Origin: a virus
Lineage: Duplodnaviria > Caudoviricetes
IMG/VR virus record: IMGVR_UViG_3300025782_000036
Span: 1 to 36,901 of that record
Direction: 5' to 3' (one strand)
Length of the DNA: 36,901 nt
Shown: piece after piece, positions 34,890 through 36,901 of the stretch
Numbering within the stretch: position 1 is the stretch's first letter
Layout: each line of letters starts with the position of its first letter
Position numbers and translations under genes: made by a program
Notes under the pieces: generated by a model
The model's input: the letters and a program-made list of their open reading frames with translations, nothing else
What the model was told of the DNA's origin: nothing
The model's database searches: none

Positions 34890-35106
34890 CAATGATAATC
34901 GTTCTTTTAGGTTTAGATGGAACTGGAGTCTCCATCGCTTTGCGCAAATGGGGTAGAACATCATTGAGCATCATTTTAGCCATAGCTGCGGCTTTTTCTT
35001 GATGCTCAAGTTCTTGTTCTGCCGTTGTTCTGGCCGCCTTTCGCTCCACTTCTTTGATGATGTCATTGCTGACACCAGCACTTTTAAGCAGTTGCTTGAG
35101 GTTCAC
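34879..35106 (-). CDS. Hypothetical protein (probable GTG start)
   Basis: ORF track; start trimmed to VNLKQLL. Confidence 0.6.
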   Translation of the reverse strand: MNLKQLLKSAGVSNDIIKEVERKAARTTAEQELEHQEKAAAMAKMMLNDVLPHLRKAMETPVPSKPKRTIIIDDK

Positions 35107-35329
35107 TTGGAGTCTCCGTAGTTGCATTAGCATTTAACGCATCAATCTGTGGCCCACATTGTGATTGAATTGCGGCAATAATGTTTGCCAACAAAACGGT
35201 TGGGGTTTGGAATGGTTGATTTAAAGCATTTAAAATTCCGTTTATGTCACTTACAGAAAACTTTAAAGTCATAATCTTATCTGCCAATGGATCCACTGGG
35301 GTTGCTTGTACATCGACTGTGTCAGTCAT
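35084..35329 (-). CDS. Hypothetical protein
   Basis: AAGGA RBS; coupled overlap. Confidence 0.7.
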   Translation of the reverse strand: MTDTVDVQATPVDPLADKIMTLKFSVSDINGILNALNQPFQTPTVLLANIIAAIQSQCGPQIDALNANATTETPSEPQATA

Positions 35330-35613
35330 TTTTTACTTCCTTTCTTTGGTTTAAAAAAATCTTCTCTTGCTGCTAGTTTTTCTGGATCGGTGCAATACTG
35401 ATTAAGTCCAAATACTCTAGCATGTACATCTTCGGCATTCCAAATGCGCATGTCGTTTAACAGCTTGATGCCCAGCAACGCATTAGCAACTTCATCTTCG
35501 GTCATGGGTGTTGGTGCATCACCATGATAGCGAAAAAATAGTTCCAAGTCTTCGCTAGTTTGCCAGCACATCATAATGGCTTGCTCTAAATCGCCAGCGG
35601 TATACTTTTTCAT
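35326..35613 (-). CDS. Hypothetical protein
   Basis: DLEQAIMMCW...MTEDEVANALLGI; ATGA overlaps. Confidence 0.7.
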   Translation of the reverse strand: MKKYTAGDLEQAIMMCWQTSEDLELFFRYHGDAPTPMTEDEVANALLGIKLLNDMRIWNAEDVHARVFGLNQYCTDPEKLAAREDFFKPKKGSKK

Positions 35614-35849
35614 GATTTCTTTTTAGCCTTTTTTACAGCCTCTTCCCAGTTGTAAGTAAAGTATTTACCTACTTCTTCAAGTGCTGGAATAAGAGTTTCC
35701 CAGCTTTCAACATCATCTGGATGAAAAGAACTAGGATTTTTCTTAGCTCGTTTTAAATCTTCTACTAACCAAAGATACTGTTGGATGATTGCTTGACTAA
35801 CAATCTTATCCGAAAAGTCATCATCAATTTCTACAATCATTTTCCACAC
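35610..35849 (-). CDS. Hypothetical protein
   Basis: ORF track; in operon. Confidence 0.65.
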   Translation of the reverse strand: MWKMIVEIDDDFSDKIVSQAIIQQYLWLVEDLKRAKKNPSSFHPDDVESWETLIPALEEVGKYFTYNWEEAVKKAKKKS

Positions 35850-36037
35850 TCCGTTTCGTGTTTTTTACCTTGTTTACGACGCAACTCATTTTCTACGGCC
35901 ATTACTTCTTCTTCATTATCGCATACCCACATGGTTTGTACATTAGAAAACATAGACAAATCAATATCTTCTACACCACGAATTGTTTCAAATAATGGAA
36001 AACCTTTGTACATATGTTCGACAATAAAGATACTCAT
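35837..36037 (-). CDS. Hypothetical protein
   Basis: Start MSIFIV at 36037; AGGAG RBS. Confidence 0.65.
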   Translation of the reverse strand: MSIFIVEHMYKGFPLFETIRGVEDIDLSMFSNVQTMWVCDNEEEVMAVENELRRKQGKKHETECGK

Positions 36038-36333
36038 AATTTTAGCTCCTGTTTTATAAATTCTACTGCTTTTTCGTAGTGATAACGCCAATATTTTTCT
36101 GTCACACCAACATCAAGATAGGTCATTCCCATTAAGAATGCATCAATAATTTCTTTTTGTTTTTGTGGCATGCGTTCATCAATTATACGCTCAATGTCAA
36201 TCAGATCATCTAAATCCCAAGGCAACCAACCGCCTTCTAAAACACCAGAAAACGCATCGATATCATCGAGCTCTAGTGGATCCATCTCCTCATCTGACAA
36301 CCTAGGTTTACTGCAATTAATTATTATTCTCAT
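36034..36333 (-). CDS. Sigma-70 region-4-like HTH protein (putative)
   Basis: RMPQKQKEIIDAFLMGMTY...YHYEKAVEFIK. Confidence 0.5.
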   Translation of the reverse strand: MRIIINCSKPRLSDEEMDPLELDDIDAFSGVLEGGWLPWDLDDLIDIERIIDERMPQKQKEIIDAFLMGMTYLDVGVTEKYWRYHYEKAVEFIKQELKL

Positions 36334-36901
36334 TTATTTAGTGCGTCCATTAAAGCTTCTTGAATTGTTATTTTTCCCTCTAGCACCTTTACTACATGGT
36401 TATCAATACTATTAGACAAAATCAAATGGTGTATAATAACCGGCTTTTCTTGCCCTTGACGGTAAATGCGGGCGTTGGCTTGGATGTAGTTCTCCGAGCT
36501 CCATGGTAAATCAAACCACACCGTTTGGGCTGTTTCACCAACATTGCACTGTAGATTGAGACCGATCCCTCCTGACTGGGGATGGGCAAGGAGCATACGA
36601 ATCTGGCCACGACGCCAGGCTTCAATGTTGTCATCGTCCAGCACCACAGCTTGCGGGAACTGTAACCGAAGTCTTTGGAGGCTATGTTTGAAATGGTAGA
36701 AGACCAATGTTGGGGAAGAGGACTCTTCCATGATCGACTCAAGGTATTCCAATTTAGAACGGTGTACTTCCTGCGCCGTTCCGTCTTCGCTATAAATTGC
36801 GCCCGAGGTGAATTGGAGTAGCTTGCCCGCCAACGAGGCTGCTGTTGGAGCCGTGATGACTTCCTTACCGATGTTAGCAACCATGTCTTTTTTAAGCTGA
36901 T
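36330..36901 (-). CDS. SNF2-family helicase, C-terminal part (truncated by the window end)
   Basis: KLLQFTSG, HPQSGGIGLNLQ, LPWSSENYIQANARIYRQGQ; frame open to the end. Confidence 0.88.
   Translation of the reverse strand, partial: QLKKDMVANIGKEVITAPTAASLAGKLLQFTSGAIYSEDGTAQEVHRSKLEYLESIMEESSSPTLVFYHFKHSLQRLRLQFPQAVVLDDDNIEAWRRGQIRMLLAHPQSGGIGLNLQCNVGETAQTVWFDLPWSSENYIQANARIYRQGQEKPVIIHHLILSNSIDNHVVKVLEGKITIQEALMDALNK

Noticed and set aside
36422-36880. 152-aa alternative-frame ORF
   Set aside because: Lies entirely within the SNF2 helicase gene and has no recognisable features.

Overview
Near-complete genome of a small tailed dsDNA phage with podovirus-type (P22/T7-like) structural organisation, plus a short foreign tail. 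Bases 1-127 are repeated exactly at 34348-34474, so 1-34347 closes into a ~34.3 kb circle. 34475-36901 looks like a piece of a different phage joined through a shared gene: it carries a partial SNF2 helicase and has normal GATC frequency, whereas I found no GATC or CCGG in 1-34474. Gene order in the circle: leftward early operon (ERF, SSB-like, PD-(D/E)XK exonuclease); divergent promoters with a Cro-like gene; rightward replication/nuclease genes; small basic proteins; terminase; portal; a Ser/Thr-rich fibre with a GT9-like glycosyltransferase; scaffold and capsid; tail adaptor and nozzle; GNAT; ejection proteins; modular tail fibres interrupted by two homing endonucleases; lysis genes. I saw no integrase, CI repressor, polymerase, tRNA or CRISPR. 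Best leads: (1) a candidate RNA-based regulatory circuit, in which structured ncRNAs at 1214-1560 have loops complementary to the phage's own AAGGGGAAA ribosome-binding sites and to a two-state leader at 3988-4290; (2) two homing endonucleases that appear to have captured the first codons of their target genes and rebuilt a recoded 5' end downstream, one with an ATC start. All calls come from reading motifs by eye; no searches were run.
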